NCBI GenBank assembly: GCA_021613535.1
Contig: CP075495.1
Span: forward strand, 5,580,001 to 5,644,000
Source of the DNA: Adineta vaga
Lineage: Eukaryota; Animalia; Rotifera
DNA: 64,000 bases
Reading direction: 5' to 3'
Position 1 is the stretch's first letter. Every line of letters begins with the position of its first letter. The notes below the pieces were generated by a model. That model worked only from the letters and a program-made list of their open reading frames with translations. It made no database searches and was not told the DNA's origin. The position numbers were made by a program, and so were the translations under genes. Positions 26,343-41,363 of the stretch are shown here, piece after piece.

Positions 26343-29300
26343 TCAAACAACAACTTCATAAACAAGCTTTTTTCCATGATGAGATTTTGTTGGTGTAGAA
26401 AATCCACTTTCTTCTTCCGAAGATATTCGTAAAGTTGAATGATTTTCACCAACTGTATATGGCGGTATATCAGTTGTTCCATTGAATTTTCCCAGAAATA
26501 ATTGTTGAATATCAGGCAAAAGAACTTTCTTTGATGATAGTCTTCCATTTACAAGATGTTCACCATCAGAACGATCATAAAAACCATGAGATACGTGTCC
26601 ATCAATATCTGATGACGAAAAAACTTGTGAACAAGCCGAATCTGAATTGTCCGAAGTTGTCGATGGCATACCGGAATCAAAACACATTGAATTTTTCTTT
26701 TCTATAGAAAGACAAACAATATATTAGATTTTCATATGATGCATATTTGCTTTTGTAGAAATTAGTAGAGAAAAAAGAACAATTTTTAATATAAAGAAAA
26801 GACTCAATTTGCATTGGAACGTGAGAAAAAGAATAAGAGAATTGATGTGTTCTGTGATCAAATCAAACAAGCACACATACTGACAGAAGGTGGATAAGTA
26901 ATACTAGTAGGCTACTTTCAAGCCTCGTTTTACTCTTGCAAAACCTGTTCTTATAGCCATTTTGTTTGAACCTGCCATTAGAGATATATATATATGGGAT
27001 AATTGAATATCTATATAGAATTGTACATTGAAGTATTTGTTGTACTCACCTTGAATTGTATAGATACTGTTGGGTAGTTCGGGATTATAAAATAATCCAC
27101 CATTGGCTCGAACTAAAAGAATATAATATGTTTTCAGGTAAAAGAATCCAAATTTTCATAAATTTATTATTTACCTTCATTGATTTTAGATGTTTGAGCT
27201 GGATAATACAAACATGAGTTTGTATCAACAACTCGAACAGGTGTAGCATGAAAATTATCCATATGATTTCCGTTTGTATTCGTTTTCAATGTATCTGTCG
27301 AACCATGTTTTGATTTCGTTTTTCGTCGTCGTTGTTGAATACAAATAAATAAACCAATTAAACCCGCAACAACACATAAACCCAAGATGGCACCTAAATA
27401 TATTGAATTTGAATAGAAAGAAGAATTCGTTTTTTATTTTTCTCCTTCTTACCAATCAGTATTAAAATTAATTCAGATGAATCATTCGATAGACCTACAC
27501 CGGTTGGAATTGCTACAGATTTGGAACAAACATCAGTTTGATTGATTAGACAAAGTTTTAAACGTATGTTATCCTGATCAATTGCTATCTCAAGTTCATC
27601 ATTTGTTGGTTGAAGAGAATTTAGTGGTATACATGATGGAAATTCATCAGTTGTTTCGACAATTGATGATGGAAGATGATAATGTTGAATACATAAGTGA
27701 TCTTTAGATATCAATGGAGAACGAATTTCACTCAAATGGAAACGTATTCGATGACCATCGACTGTATAATAAGCTCGTTGAATTGTCGGAAATTCTTCGG
27801 GACTAAATGGATATTCTGTTGTTAGAACAACTAGACTAGTTGAATAATCGCTATAGCCCAGATCATTTTTTGAACGTATTTTAACAGAATATCGTGATTT
27901 TTCGTTTAAATCTAATACAAAAGAAAGAAAGAATAATAAAGATTAAAAATCATTGATATAGCACATACCAGTAAATCGTATTGAATTTAAATTTGTTTGT
28001 CTTTCTTCTGAACGATTTCCACTTAAACTAATATGATATATTAATTTCGAACCACCATCATAACTTGGTTGCCATGTAAGAATAAATGAAGCATGTGTTA
28101 TATTTATTGCTTGTAGTTGATTGGGTGGATCAGGTAAATCGGGTCGTTGAAAATGAATTGAAAAATCATGTTGACCATATTGATTCTTTGCTACACATCG
28201 ATATAAACCAAGCATTGTTGAATAAGATGGTGGTACTAAGATAAAAATATGAATAATAATCAAAACTCATGCAAAACAATAAAGAAATCAACTTACAATG
28301 TAATTGAGATGAAATAACCGTTGAATTAATAATTTTTTCTTCAGCAAATGAACTTAAACGTTGACCAGATGGTCCAAACCATGTTATATCTGCCTTTGGA
28401 TATGCATCAACAATACATGCTGTTTTTATATCTTGATTTTCTACGACTGCTAATTTTTTTATTGTATTTAATATAAATGGAGCATCTAAATCAAGTAAAC
28501 AACATCGTTTTCTTTCTCAATTGCATTATATAAAAATCCGAAAAACTTACATTGTATTCGAACATCTGTTGATGCTTCTGTGGTAGCTTCCTGTCGATGA
28601 TTACTATTACCAGTATTCAACCAATTTTTAACTTCACATGTATATTTTCCTGAATGTATTCGATAAACATTTGGTATGATATATTCTGATATCGTTTGTG
28701 TTCGATTTATCAATGAACATGGCTGAGTAAGAATTTCTTTTTGATTATGAAACCAACGAATTTGATGACAAAATGGATTCGAATCAATCGAACATTTTAA
28801 TACAAGTTTTTCACCTTGATTTAATGTAATATGTTCAATCAAGGATAATTTTGGTTTATCTAATTAAAAGAAAAACAAAATTTTCTTTTTTCGATGAAAG
28901 ATTATTTTTTCTCTCGATCTCTTACAAAGAATGTCAACGTCCACACTTGCTTCCGATTGTCCAATTGTATTTCGTGTTTTACAAGTTAATTTTTGTATAT
29001 CTTCTAATCGTGTAAAATTCATTTTTAATTGTTCTTGATTTTCTCCTAGGAAAAAAATTCAATAATTAAATTGTCTTCATTGACACATCGACAATTTTCA
29101 TTAGAAAAAGTGACAAGAGAAGAAAAGAAAAGGAAATTCTAATGTGTCGAATATGAGCACAGGTGTAGAACGCGTGTGAATATGTTTCGCTTGAATTCTT
29201 ACCTCTAATTAATTGATCATTTTTGTACCATTCAATATTTGCTAATGCCGATGGATTGGCTGATATTACACAATGAATCGTTTCAAATGTATTTTCAATG

Positions 29301-31699
29301 ACAGTTAACATCGTAGGCAATTCTTTTTGATTCCATGATATATTGATAATGGGTTTAACTATTGAAGAAAAAAATCGAAATATATGTCAGTTGAATGATC
29401 AAAGAAAAGAAAACGAATGGTCAAGTAGCTTTTAATAAATGTTCTTTAGATCTATTACTCACATAAGACATCAAGTTTAAGTTCAACATTTGTATCATGA
29501 ATACTCGCTTCATTGGTTACTTGACAACGAAGTATTTGATCATGATCAACAGGTGAAAGTAAAAGTGTTAAAATGGATGAACTTGAAAAGCTTGGCGAAC
29601 TTGTTTGATTGTTATTACTAATACCGATTGAACTAAGAAAAATAATAACATTTTCGTTGAGAAGAAAGAAAGAATAATATCGAAAGAGATGTATTCATAC
29701 CGTTGAATTAATTGATCGTTTTTATACCATTCAAATGTTGGAATGGGATAAGCACGTTCACTTGTACAATTAAATTGTACCGATGTACCATCGGCTACTG
29801 GCAATTTCGGTAATGGACTAAGACGAAGACGCGATGGTGGAACTAAAGAGAATGATCAATGTTTGAAAGATTTAATTCGTTTTCTTTTCCACCTCACATG
29901 TTGATCTGATTACTTTAGTCGTTCTGGTGTCAATAGATTGTCTCTACATAGACGACACCTCTTCTCTTCTCATACATTTTGTTATTCGTTAGTGATTGAC
30001 AAATATTTTCATGTATATACACATATATTGAAGGCGGGGGTGTGACATATCTTGTGTTAAATGCCTGTAGGCTAAAGCGGCTATCCAACGTGTGAAACAC
30101 GTCCTGTTCAATCGTCTGTAATTATTTCAAGGTGTGTTCTTTTTCTTTCTATTGTCTTGCAAGTAACTAATGAATGTCCATCTTCCTGTCGGATGACAGA
30201 TAAATAATAGAGAATGAAAGGATGAAGACTAATTGTTCCTTATTTATTCGTCAAATTTCGACATATTCACATCAATTAATGTGGAAAAAAAACAAAATCT
30301 GATATGAGATAAATCTATCTTGAAATATCTGATTTACAGATGATGATGATGATGATGAAGAAGAAAGAAAAGAAACAAACAAAATTGATTATTTCCCTAT
30401 TCATCTTTCATTTACTCTACATTGAACAGACATGCTTTGTGTCTATCATAATTGATTGTACGACTGTTCTTGTTTTTTCCATAGGGACGTTTTTTTTCTT
30501 CTATCGTATAACCTTTTGTATTGTCGAAAAAAGAAAAACTAAGGAATTATCTTCTATTAAACATTCATATATGTATAGATGTTCACTAAATTAACGAGTT
30601 TGCTTCTCACTGGACAATGATTGATGATTAACCTCATTGACATCCTTATTCCGTAGGTACCAGTCAGAAGCAGATGCTTGCCTTGATCTCTCGATTGACT
30701 CTTGAATAGAATACATGCAGTTCAAGGAACATGAACTTTAACTAGAGAAAAAAAAAGATCCTGTCGTGCGGATGAAATAATAGCTGGTAATTAGATTCTT
30801 CATTCACGCACGACTCGTTCATCTTTAACTGGTATCTCGTCGTTTTTTCTCGCTTTTTTTTATTCTATGCATTTTTATTACGTCATCCATCGGAATAATT
30901 ATAGAGTCAAAAAATGTCAACGGACATTTCAAGCTGAGAAAAAGATTCTTCGTGATTTGTCTATCATTGATAGTAAAAGAAAAGATTGATTTTCCGGAAC
31001 TTAGCACAGCTGCTTGATGTATATGTTATAATAGATGCGTGAAAACAGTAGTCTTTTTTTCTTCTTTTCCTTTATCATGTTCATGCTGCTATCTCGATAT
31101 TTGGATGTTGTCAGTTATGATGCAAGTATTAACATATCGTCTCTCTACTGCCAACAGTTTGCTTGACATATTCTAATAATAACAGACACATACGTGTCGA
31201 CTCCAAAAGATTAATCTTAGATACTAAACACTCATTTTCTTCTTCTTCTTCTTCTGACTGTATCAGATAACTTTTTGTACATACCCATAACATTGAGTTG
31301 AAAAAGATTTTCTTCCTTGGCAGTAAAATTTTGACATTTATATATTCCTGAAGATTCCAATTGAACATTAATAATTACTAACTGATATGTATAGAAATTT
31401 TCTTGATATATAAGATATTTTTGTGGATCATTCGAAATTGAATTAACACCAATAACTTGGCTATCATCTTTATACCAAAGAATAATATTACCAGATAAAT
31501 TATTATCAAATATTTTATTGAATGATGACAACGATGGAACAGTTAATAGAGAAGTTCTAGCATCGGAATTTTGTTTCATATTAAGATGACATGTCATGGT
31601 AACATTAACATTTTCACGTACTTTAATAATTTGAGCAGGATTTGATTGAAGAGAGAAATAGATATTTGAAAAAATGAAGAATAAGAATATGAAATACAT
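26343..31699 (-). CDS. Ig-superfamily adhesion receptor (5 Ig + FN3 + TM; sidestep/echinoid/nephrin-like) with C-terminal PDZ-binding-type motif
   Basis: Signal peptide at 31699. Ig C...W...C cores in exons near 31699-31286, 29842-29463, 29359-28925, 28859-28551 and 28484-28200. FN3 (PDPP..L..W...YDGG, Y.V.IRSKN.LG.S). TM (ILILIGAILGLCVVAGLIGLFICI). Tail ends KKLVYEVVV*. Confidence 0.85.
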
Positions 31700-34600
31700 C
31701 TGTAAAACACGAATAAGAAAATATCAATCAAGAAAAAAACAAGTTAGTTTAAATAGTTGTTGTTAATGTCATTTGGCTTACGTTTAAAGTGGACAATACA
31801 TGTGTATATGTACATATACTTTCTCTTTCGCTCAACATGTATATGTGTACAGTTAGCAAATGTTTTTACACGGAACCTTTTCTTCTCCATGTCGGACATC
31901 TACCAATGATGACCATTGAGAGAAGAAATAAGAGAAAGAGAAGAGAAGAGAAGAGAAGAGAAAGAAAAAATGTAGAAGAAAAGGATATATACCTTTTGTG
32001 TCATTCTCATACAGAAGAAAAGAAGAAAAAATAACTGTCCATTTGTTCCACTACCAACAGTAAAGAGAAGAAGAAGAAGAAGAAGAAGACGATAATTGTA
32101 TTGAAGTTCATTGAAATAAATGGGTGCACGTTTTGTACGTGACAAAAACGACCATCTTCATCTCTCATCGTCTTCTGATTCAACAATGATTTATGTCCTA
32201 TGAGCAGTGATTGTTTTAACAGAACATACGCACATATATGTATGTACACATATATACAATGTCAGACGTGATTTTCCTCTCTAAACTTTACACGCACGTT
32301 ATTGTTAATTACCGGTAGTCTGACTCAGTCATTCCTAGAATTATGGTCATCTTCTCATTAGAAAAAGAAAATCTGGAATAATAACGATACTATTACACAA
32401 TATTAAACACGCACGACTTCTTTTTCCAAACCTAACTGTATTACATTTCACTTGCCGAAAAAAAAAACGATGTCTAATGATGTAAAAAGCAAAATGTGGT
32501 ACTCTACTCATTGTCTTCAAATTTCAACGAGATAGAGATCGATACCTATGCTTGGCATCTCATGCATTTCACAGACAACACATCAAGTGAATAGTTAATT
32601 GTTATTTTACACACAGACAAACATAGCATTCATTCGCACCTTGAAAAATACACATCATTCTTTTTCATACTCGAAATGTGCCGACTGAAGCCGATAAGAG
32701 ACAGACAACAGGGGAAGGACACGGCTGCAAGGCATCGAATAGATAATATGCTAGATGTGTGTATATGTTCAAACACACACACACACACACAATTGTTTTA
32801 ACAGAAGATGCCTTCGAGCATCTTGACGTAAGAAGGCCAACATTCTAATCAGATGTCGATTATTGTTTCTTTTTTTCCTTTCTCTTCTCATTTTCTATTG
32901 TTTTGTATATGATAAACGGAAGTCATTTTTCATCTTTAAAAGAGAAGTAAAAGACTCATAAGTACTCTGTTTAACAATGAACTTCATGTATAGTTCATGG
33001 TATTGTATGTTTAAAGTGAGAAAAAATAGAGCACCCCTACTGTTCTCTTTTTTTTTGTTCATCGCGGAAAGATTCAATTGACTGCATAAAAGAAAGTGAG
33101 ATCTTTTGATTAAGAACAATTATTAGCAACTTTAAAAGAAGAAAAGGGAACCAACGATTGTTCGTATTGTTTGATGAACGTGCGTTCGAATTCAATCGGT
33201 TTTTTTCTTACACATTTATGAATTTTCAATATCATGAATAAGAAATTGGAGAAGAATGTCTGTGATGTCGGCATTGTCATCTGAATAATTCTGTTCAATC
33301 CAGACTCACAGACAAGTGAAAGTCACAAGGTGAATGAATTGAAAATGATTAAATTTTCTCGATATGTCAACATCTTATACATACAAATCTATTTTAACAA
33401 GTCGAACAACAAAGAAAGATCATATATGGATAAGCACGATCTTTCGAAACCTTACTAATACAAATTAATTTTCAATGATAACTAAAAAGAATTCATACAA
33501 ATTCACTTGAAGACAATATTAGTTCATCTGTTAAGAAGTAGAAATATCTCTATGTACAAACGAAGTTCTAGGAATAAGCTTCATACAATATACATATAGA
33601 TTTCAATGGAACGTCGTCTTATTTGCTTTTCTTCTAAGAAAAAAAAGGGTTAATTATAACATACCTGAACTCTTAGATCACTTTTAATCGAATGACGATA
33701 TGCCCATATACATCTACGTATATGTACGTATATAGGTATGTGAATAGATTCTCTTAGACACATTATTCATTTGTATTGCTCTCTCTCTCTCGCGCGCGCG
33801 CGTCTTTCTCTTATATTGAAATAAATGTCATCGAGAATTTCTCTCCCATTTGACGGCAGCATAACGATGTGAACAAATTAAGGTATGCATGCGAGTCTAA
33901 TGTACAGTTTACTTCGTTCTTTTCTTTCAATTTGATTAGAGCCAACCAAGTGAATAAGATGCGACATATATACGAATATGTTCAAGTATCCTAACTTCAA
34001 ATGTTTGGAACTAATATGAATGTATGAAAACAACAACTTAAGATATTGTTTAATAGTTGAACTAGTTTCAAGTAGGACAACGAAAGAGAATAATTGAATG
34101 AATGTATGTGCAATATGATTAACGAAGGCGACAATAGCAAACAGACATGACATCATTGTTAATAGCGGCGCCTTGAGGGAAAAATATTCGTCTTCTTTAA
34201 AGATTAAACATATGTTCGAATATAGAGTACATCGTATTTACAAACAGGTGATCCTCACGAACATGAACAATCTTACTTATTGAAATGAACCAAACAAATT
34301 TTAGTGTTTTGCTCTAAGCATTACAAGCTTGAATCCATACATGTCTATTTTTGTCATTGTTTAAATATTAACCTGTAGTCTTGTATTGACCGATCTATAC
34401 AGCTGGAGAAAAGATTAACTATAGTTGAAAGCTTAATATGAATAGAATCGGCTTTTTTCTTTCTTGAAACAGACAGGTGCTGGAATTGGCCTAGTCATCG
34501 GATTAAAACTCAGATAAGATTCCGAAAAATGATCAAACTAATTGTGTCAATCAAGCAAATAAGTAGTTGAAGAGAAAAAGAAGCAATGAATTATAACTTC

Positions 34601-34925
34601 ATTGTTTTTTTATTATGAGAGAATGATCAATGATAGAGATTTTATTTATTAAAAGGGTCGTCTTTTCTCATTCAAAACAAATTAAAATCGTATGTACATC
34701 GATGCGCATAAAAATCATCATTTAACAAAACAAGAAATCTCGTTCGTGTGTGTGTCTATACAAAAGAGTCAGTTCAATTGTCATCTGATCACACATACAC
34801 AAACCTTGACGATATGTATTGAACATGCATTGATTCAATGTGACACATTCACACGCGAACAATTAAAACGAGAATGATAATAGCGAACAATTTGTTTGTC
34901 TCTTTTGTTTCTTTCTGGATTTTTT

Positions 34926-37900
34926 TCATACAACATTAGGTCTAACTGGAACACCATGCATATTGAAAAGAACTTTGCTAATTTTTTTATCCAATATTTT
35001 CATATCAAGTTCAGCTGAACTTGTTCCTTCTTTTATTTTTCCCACTCGACGTTGAAAATTATCATCGAGAGAAATTTTTGGTCCTTTTGCATTATTGTGT
35101 GTTCGACGTTGATGACGCGATGATGATCGATGCATAGCAGATGTACCAGCTTGCGTCGTGGTTAACATTGAAGTATCTTGTTGTTGAGGTGAACGTATAT
35201 GAGAATTTAAATGTCGAAGTTCACTATGTGTACGTGCTTTCATATTTCGTACTTTCTTTGTTGGACTGATACCTGAAATTGTAGGAATATTCAATAAATT
35301 AAATGTTAAACAAAAGAAATCATATACTTGAATGCGTTTTCCGACCACGTTTTGGTGATACCATACGTTCAATTCCATGTTGTGATTCGTCATATTGAAA
35401 TGAAGGATTATCCATGCCTTTACGATGATGACGATCTTCAGAAGTTTTGCCATGATGACGTTTACCTATTCGATGACGAACTTTTTTCTACAGGCGAAAA
35501 AAAATAACAATAGTTCAAAACGCATTAAGAATATTTCTTACACTAGCCGGTCCACCTTCATCTACAACATGATATTTTCCTGCAACTGTATCATTGTTGA
35601 TTTCACCAGCAAGTGCAGCTGCTTGAATAAAAACATCATCATCACCAGATCCACCTTGTGAACGTTCGTCATCATCATCTCGCATACCATTATGTGGATG
35701 ATCATTTTTCTCTAATTCACCATCGCTATAGTCTGGTAATGGTTCATTTTCTTCATCAATTGGCTAGAATAAAACAGATATTAAATGTCGATTTTTCCAT
35801 TTATCTTTTTTTTATTTACTTTAATCTGTTGAAGCATTTTGACAATATCCATAATATCTTCAATTCTTACACCTTCAAATTTACTTGAACGAAGTTTTGT
35901 TGATGCTAAAATATGTTGAAATGTATTGTAACGATGACATAGCATAGCGACGAATTGAATCAAACATATAATACCAAAAAAGAATATTAACATAACACCT
36001 AATGGTTCAATCATAGCATGATCATTATATGAACTTGGTATAGGTACAGGAATGAATAACATATCTTTCAAACGATTTTGTGCAAGTAAAACAGAGAAAA
36101 CAAATGCAATCCATAATGCATCAACCATAAAAAAACCAAAAACACCTTGATCACGAAGATCATTTAAACCTAATTGAAGTTTTTGTTTTTCCAATGCATC
36201 CATATGAATTGGTTTGAGATATTTTTGTATTAAACGTCTCCAAAATGTATACTCATTTTCATTCAAATATTTTACATCAGCATATTTAACGAGTTGATGA
36301 TCGAACCAATATGGATGTAAACGATCATCATATTTATTCATTAATTCTTCATTAGATTTTTGATCTGGATTAGCATTTTGTTTTTCATATTTTTCTTGTT
36401 CTTCAACAAGTTCTTCTAAACCAAGACCATGTAAATCTAAACCTTTATTTAAACGTTTATCAAGATCATCAAACATATTGATACGATTTAACACAGCAGT
36501 AATTTGTGCTAATAATTGATCACTTGATTCTGTACGTTGTGCATGACATTCATGTATTAAATTTTCAACTACTGCAAGAAGTTCATTGGAATTTTTTGCA
36601 TTAGAAAATTGTTGTTCAAGAAATTGTAAACATTCTGCTTGACTTTTAAATTTTTGTTTTTTCTTACGATTTGGTATAAAGATATCTTCACGTGTACCCC
36701 ATGAATTTGCATTCAAATTGGTTAATGCATATATAACAAGTAAAACATAGGATGTTGGAACACAAAGAAAGAAAAGTAAACATGGTTTAACACAATCTAA
36801 ATTGAAAATTGTTAGAACTTAGGAAATATAACTGATTAACTCAATTATTTCGAGTAAAAAAAGAAACAATGATCTCCGGTTGCCCTTCACTAACTCTTAT
36901 CTCTAAAAACTACGACAGATTTATTTCAAATAGATAGTTGTTACTTACTCAATTCATATGGATGACAAATAGCTGTAAAAAAGAAGATAATTCCCATGAA
37001 CAGCAGAAAAAATACTGCTGTTGTTTTCCATGAACCATCAACAATTCTTACAATCGTTCCAACAACAACAATCATCATAACAATAGCATAATAGGTTCCA
37101 AAGATTGCTGCACAAATAATTTTCTTCTCTTCTGCTATGTCATGATAACAAATCATAAGAAAAGCAATTGCTGGAAAACAAGCTAATGTATACGCAGCCC
37201 ATACATCAGTATCAGTTGTAGCATTAAATGCATCAGCTATAGCAATAGTAATGGTTGCTGGACTTAAAATATATAATCCAAGATAAAAAACATGATAAAG
37301 TATAGCTAAAAATGAAACACTTTCATTGATGCGTATTGTACGTCGATAATTTTTCAATATGGATACAGTTATACCGAGTGTCGATGGTATCCAACGACGA
37401 CGTTGATTAAAGAAATCTGTAAATGTTTCTGGTGCATGTGTATAAGCATCAGCAGCAGCACAATATTCAATTCGATAACCTTGTTCAATTAGAAGTTTAC
37501 TTAAGAATCGATCTTCACCTAAATCTTGTAGAAGATAATCTTTAGGTGATTCACATCGAGCAGAAAATGCTTTCATAACATTATCATCCATTAATGCCGA
37601 TGCACGATATAATGCAAAACAACCTGGTGCACATAAAACACAACCAAGACTATGTTCAGTCGTTTTTTGTAACCAATAACACATGGCATATTCCATTTTC
37701 TATTGATGATGTAGTAGTTTGATAGATTTAAAGCAATTCAATAATATATGTATGATTTACCTGATACCAAATCAATGGACCACTACCAATTGGATGAATT
37801 CGACTACTAACTGCACCAACTCGTTTATCTTTTTTCATTCGATCTGTTAACATCCGTACTGCATCGGGTCCAAAATCAACATCACCATCAACGGATAGAA

Positions 37901-40900
37901 CAAATGTATTTTCAGCCTATTTTAATAAAAAAAAAACAATAATCAATTTAGTTTAGAAACTATTCTCTATGACAATTTACTTCAAGTAATAAACGTGGTC
38001 CAAGAATATCTTTATAATAAACATGTAAATCTTCATTTTGATCAAAATGTCGTCGATAATTTCGTTTATCCGGTGAATCTTCAATCAATTTAATTAAGGA
38101 TTTCATTCGTTGTTCACATTGACCAAGAATACGATAACCAAGTAAATAATACATATACATTACCTAAACAAAAAAAAATAAGCACTTTCTTTCAATAGAA
38201 AAAACACTATCATTTCAGAAACTTACCATACTCCATCGTTTTTTCTTACTAACTTTAAGTTTATCTTTAAGATGAAGAACAAGTAAATTTCCACCTGGTA
38301 ATCGCCATGATAAACGACCACCATAGGGTGTAGCTGTTTTTTGTGGTGGTGCTAATTTCATACCTTCTACATCATGGACAATACTGAAAATAGATTGATA
38401 ATTTAAGAAAATATGGCTAATTTAAAAATGATGAATTTACCCAGCAGCTTTATTAATTGCTTCAAAGAAATCTTTAACAAACATATTTAAAGTCCGCTGT
38501 TGATTTTCATCATGATAAAATGCATCATCGAAGAAAACATGTGCTATTCAAAGATAAAATATTTATTTTATTGTAAGATTACAATATGTTCTACATCTCA
38601 TCTTTCTTTCTTTCCGTGAAAACTTTAATCTCCACCTTTCGTATTTAACTAGTATTCGTACCTTCCATGTCATAATAATCTGGATCAATAACTTGAAATT
38701 CATCTCTTGCTTGTCTTCTTGCACTTTGATCAATATCCATTCTAATGTGCAAGAAAAAAAGGAAATCAATATTTATATTCAATACTTGAATACACTAAGA
38801 AAACTTTTACCTCATAATTGATTTCAACATTAAAATCATTTCACTAATAGTTTCATGCCATAAAGTTCCACATAAATAAATCTTTGTGTTACTTTCTAAT
38901 TTCTCACCATCAGCTAGATTATTACGAAAAAAAAACAAATAAAAAGATTTAATGAATTTCTCTGATCCGACATCTACTATTTTCTCATCATAGTTTTCAT
39001 GTTTGTCCAGACAGTCAGTCAATCAAAGCAAAAAGGCCATCATCGTTTCATTTTTTTTTCCTTTCTTCTCTTTCAAACAATTAGATGGTTACATTCACGT
39101 AAAGAAGATTATGTGTAAATATCTTTCTATCACACAATAACCTTATGACATACATCATCTATGATGTCAAAACAAACAACGAATAAAACAGAACGAAGAA
39201 AAAAGATTACTTACAAAATGCAGCCATGCCATCAATAATATCTAAATCTTCAAAATGTTCTTCTAGTTTATTTTTTTGATGTTCAGGTTCATTACGACGT
39301 CGATTTAAAAGAAGAGATTGTTCAATTAAAGAACTATCATACTGTGGAAGAACAAACAATCTATTCAATTGATTGAATGAACAAAACATAATTCATTTGA
39401 AACAAAACAAAACAAAACTCTTTCATTCTTACGTTTCTGTTGTTGCTAGACGTTTATTTTCTGGAAACCATATATGAGATGTTATCCATAATTGTGACAG
39501 ATACCAGAGACAAAGACCAACAATAATATGCCATGTTATACGACTTGTATTGAAACTTTCACTACACTCCCAATACATTACTTCACGAATAAAAATAATT
39601 TGATCCGTTTTCCAATGACATAAACCAATCATAATTGCTAATGTAACAGGTGTTGCTAATGTTAATGGTACAGCAAAAGCCATACGTTGCATTTGCATTT
39701 TACAAGCTGATTTCGAAAAATAATAACATAGACCTGTTGAGAAAAAATGTATTATCATTGGTACAAATGGTCCGATTGAATGCCAATAATCATCAATAGT
39801 TTTTTCCTACAAACAAACAAACAAACAAACGAAAATAGTTTTATTGAATCAATTTGAAAACATACTTTATCTGGCTGAAAATCGAATGGATCACCAGCCG
39901 TTCCTGGATCTTCGTCACCAGTTGGAAATAAAGACATTGATTCTTGACCACCGATTCGACCCACTAATGTGTTATTATCATCAGGAGAGAATGGCATTTG
40001 ACGTTTATGCCGCACTGGTAAATCATTATTATTCATATCAAATTGATTTGATCCGCCATCGAAATTATTTAAATCTGTTCCAGAATGTATGGATGTTTCT
40101 AGAGGCAATGCTCCAGCTGGATTGTTAACAACGGACACGAAGACATTATCAAAATGTTCTCTTGGTAAAAGAAGAAAACTAAATGCAACTGTAAGAGCTA
40201 TTTTCCAAATTGATGCTCCAATATTTGCTTTTGATCGTACTGATTGTAAATGTCGTTTATATGTACCCAATGGAATATTTAATTTACCTAATTTAATATC
40301 TCGATCAACATAATTTTCCCACCAAACAATTGATACACACAATAAAGCCACAGGTGCTTCCCAACCAAAACGTAAGCGTACTTGTTCAATAGTATCTGTT
40401 GACGATTTAATTGAATTACTTAATGCTGTATTAATCGAATCGACAGCATCGAATCCAGATGGTTCATCAAGAGCTGTTGCAGGTGTAGTTGTTGTTGCTA
40501 AGGGTTTTGTTAGAAATGCTGTATATTGTGTACTTGTTACAACAAAATAAACTGAACATTGAGCAGCAAAAGCAGCCAAATCAATAAATAATGTTAAGAA
40601 ACGTAACATTGGTTTGGAATTACTTTTTGATAATGTTAATTTACAAAATGCTGGAATAGTACAAACAGCATTCATTAATAATAGACCACGGATAACATCA
40701 CAACTTGGTAAAACACGAAATACGAGTAAGCAAACACCAAATGTATGAATACTCTCGAGAAGGAAGATCTACAAAAGAAAAAAGAGAGATAAGATTTTAT
40801 TCCATATCGATGATTATTTCATATTACCGTAATTAAATCAGTGAATACAGGTCCACGTCGATTTCGAAAAAGACTTTTAGCAAGTGCTTCAAGAAATAGA

Positions 40901-41218
40901 AATACATATGGTACACATATTGTTGCTACTAACATAAATGACCAACGACTTGCATATTGTTTGTCCTGATTAACAAAAGAAAAAAGAATACATGAAACTT
41001 AATGATTCAATTTGAACAAAACATACTTGTAATCGATTTCCTAAACTTTGTGTCATAAGAAGAAAAGATCCTTTGCTAGCAACAGCAAAAACCAAGACAC
41101 CAACAAAATAAACCATATATGCTGCACATTTAAATAAACGTTTAGCATTACGCATGCATAACGTGGTTTTTCCATATCGATCGGCTGGTGATTCCAGAAT
41201 ACCATCGCCATAGGGCAT
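34926..41218 (-). CDS. chs: Chitin synthase (GT2), metazoan type, no N-terminal myosin head seen
   Basis: Multi-exon. Motifs CGTLWHET, TPYGGRL, KKRWS, SVDGDVDF, CAPGCFALYR, GEDR, QRRRW, SWGTRE. N-terminal multi-TM domain with WWENYV and C-terminal TM region with IEPLG. Confidence 0.95.
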
Positions 41219-41321
41219 GGTTATAATCTTAGTCTTCTATACAGTTACTACTGACGTAATGATGTACACAACGAAAAAACGAAGAAGCTCATTGTGTGAT
41301 TGAGCAAAGAAGAGCTCACGA

Positions 41322-41328
<7 letters not shown>

Positions 41329-41358
<30 letters not shown>
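41329..41358. repeat. (AG)n microsatellite
   Basis: Dinucleotide run seen directly, upstream of the chitin synthase ATG. Confidence 0.9.
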
Positions 41359-41363
<5 letters not shown>

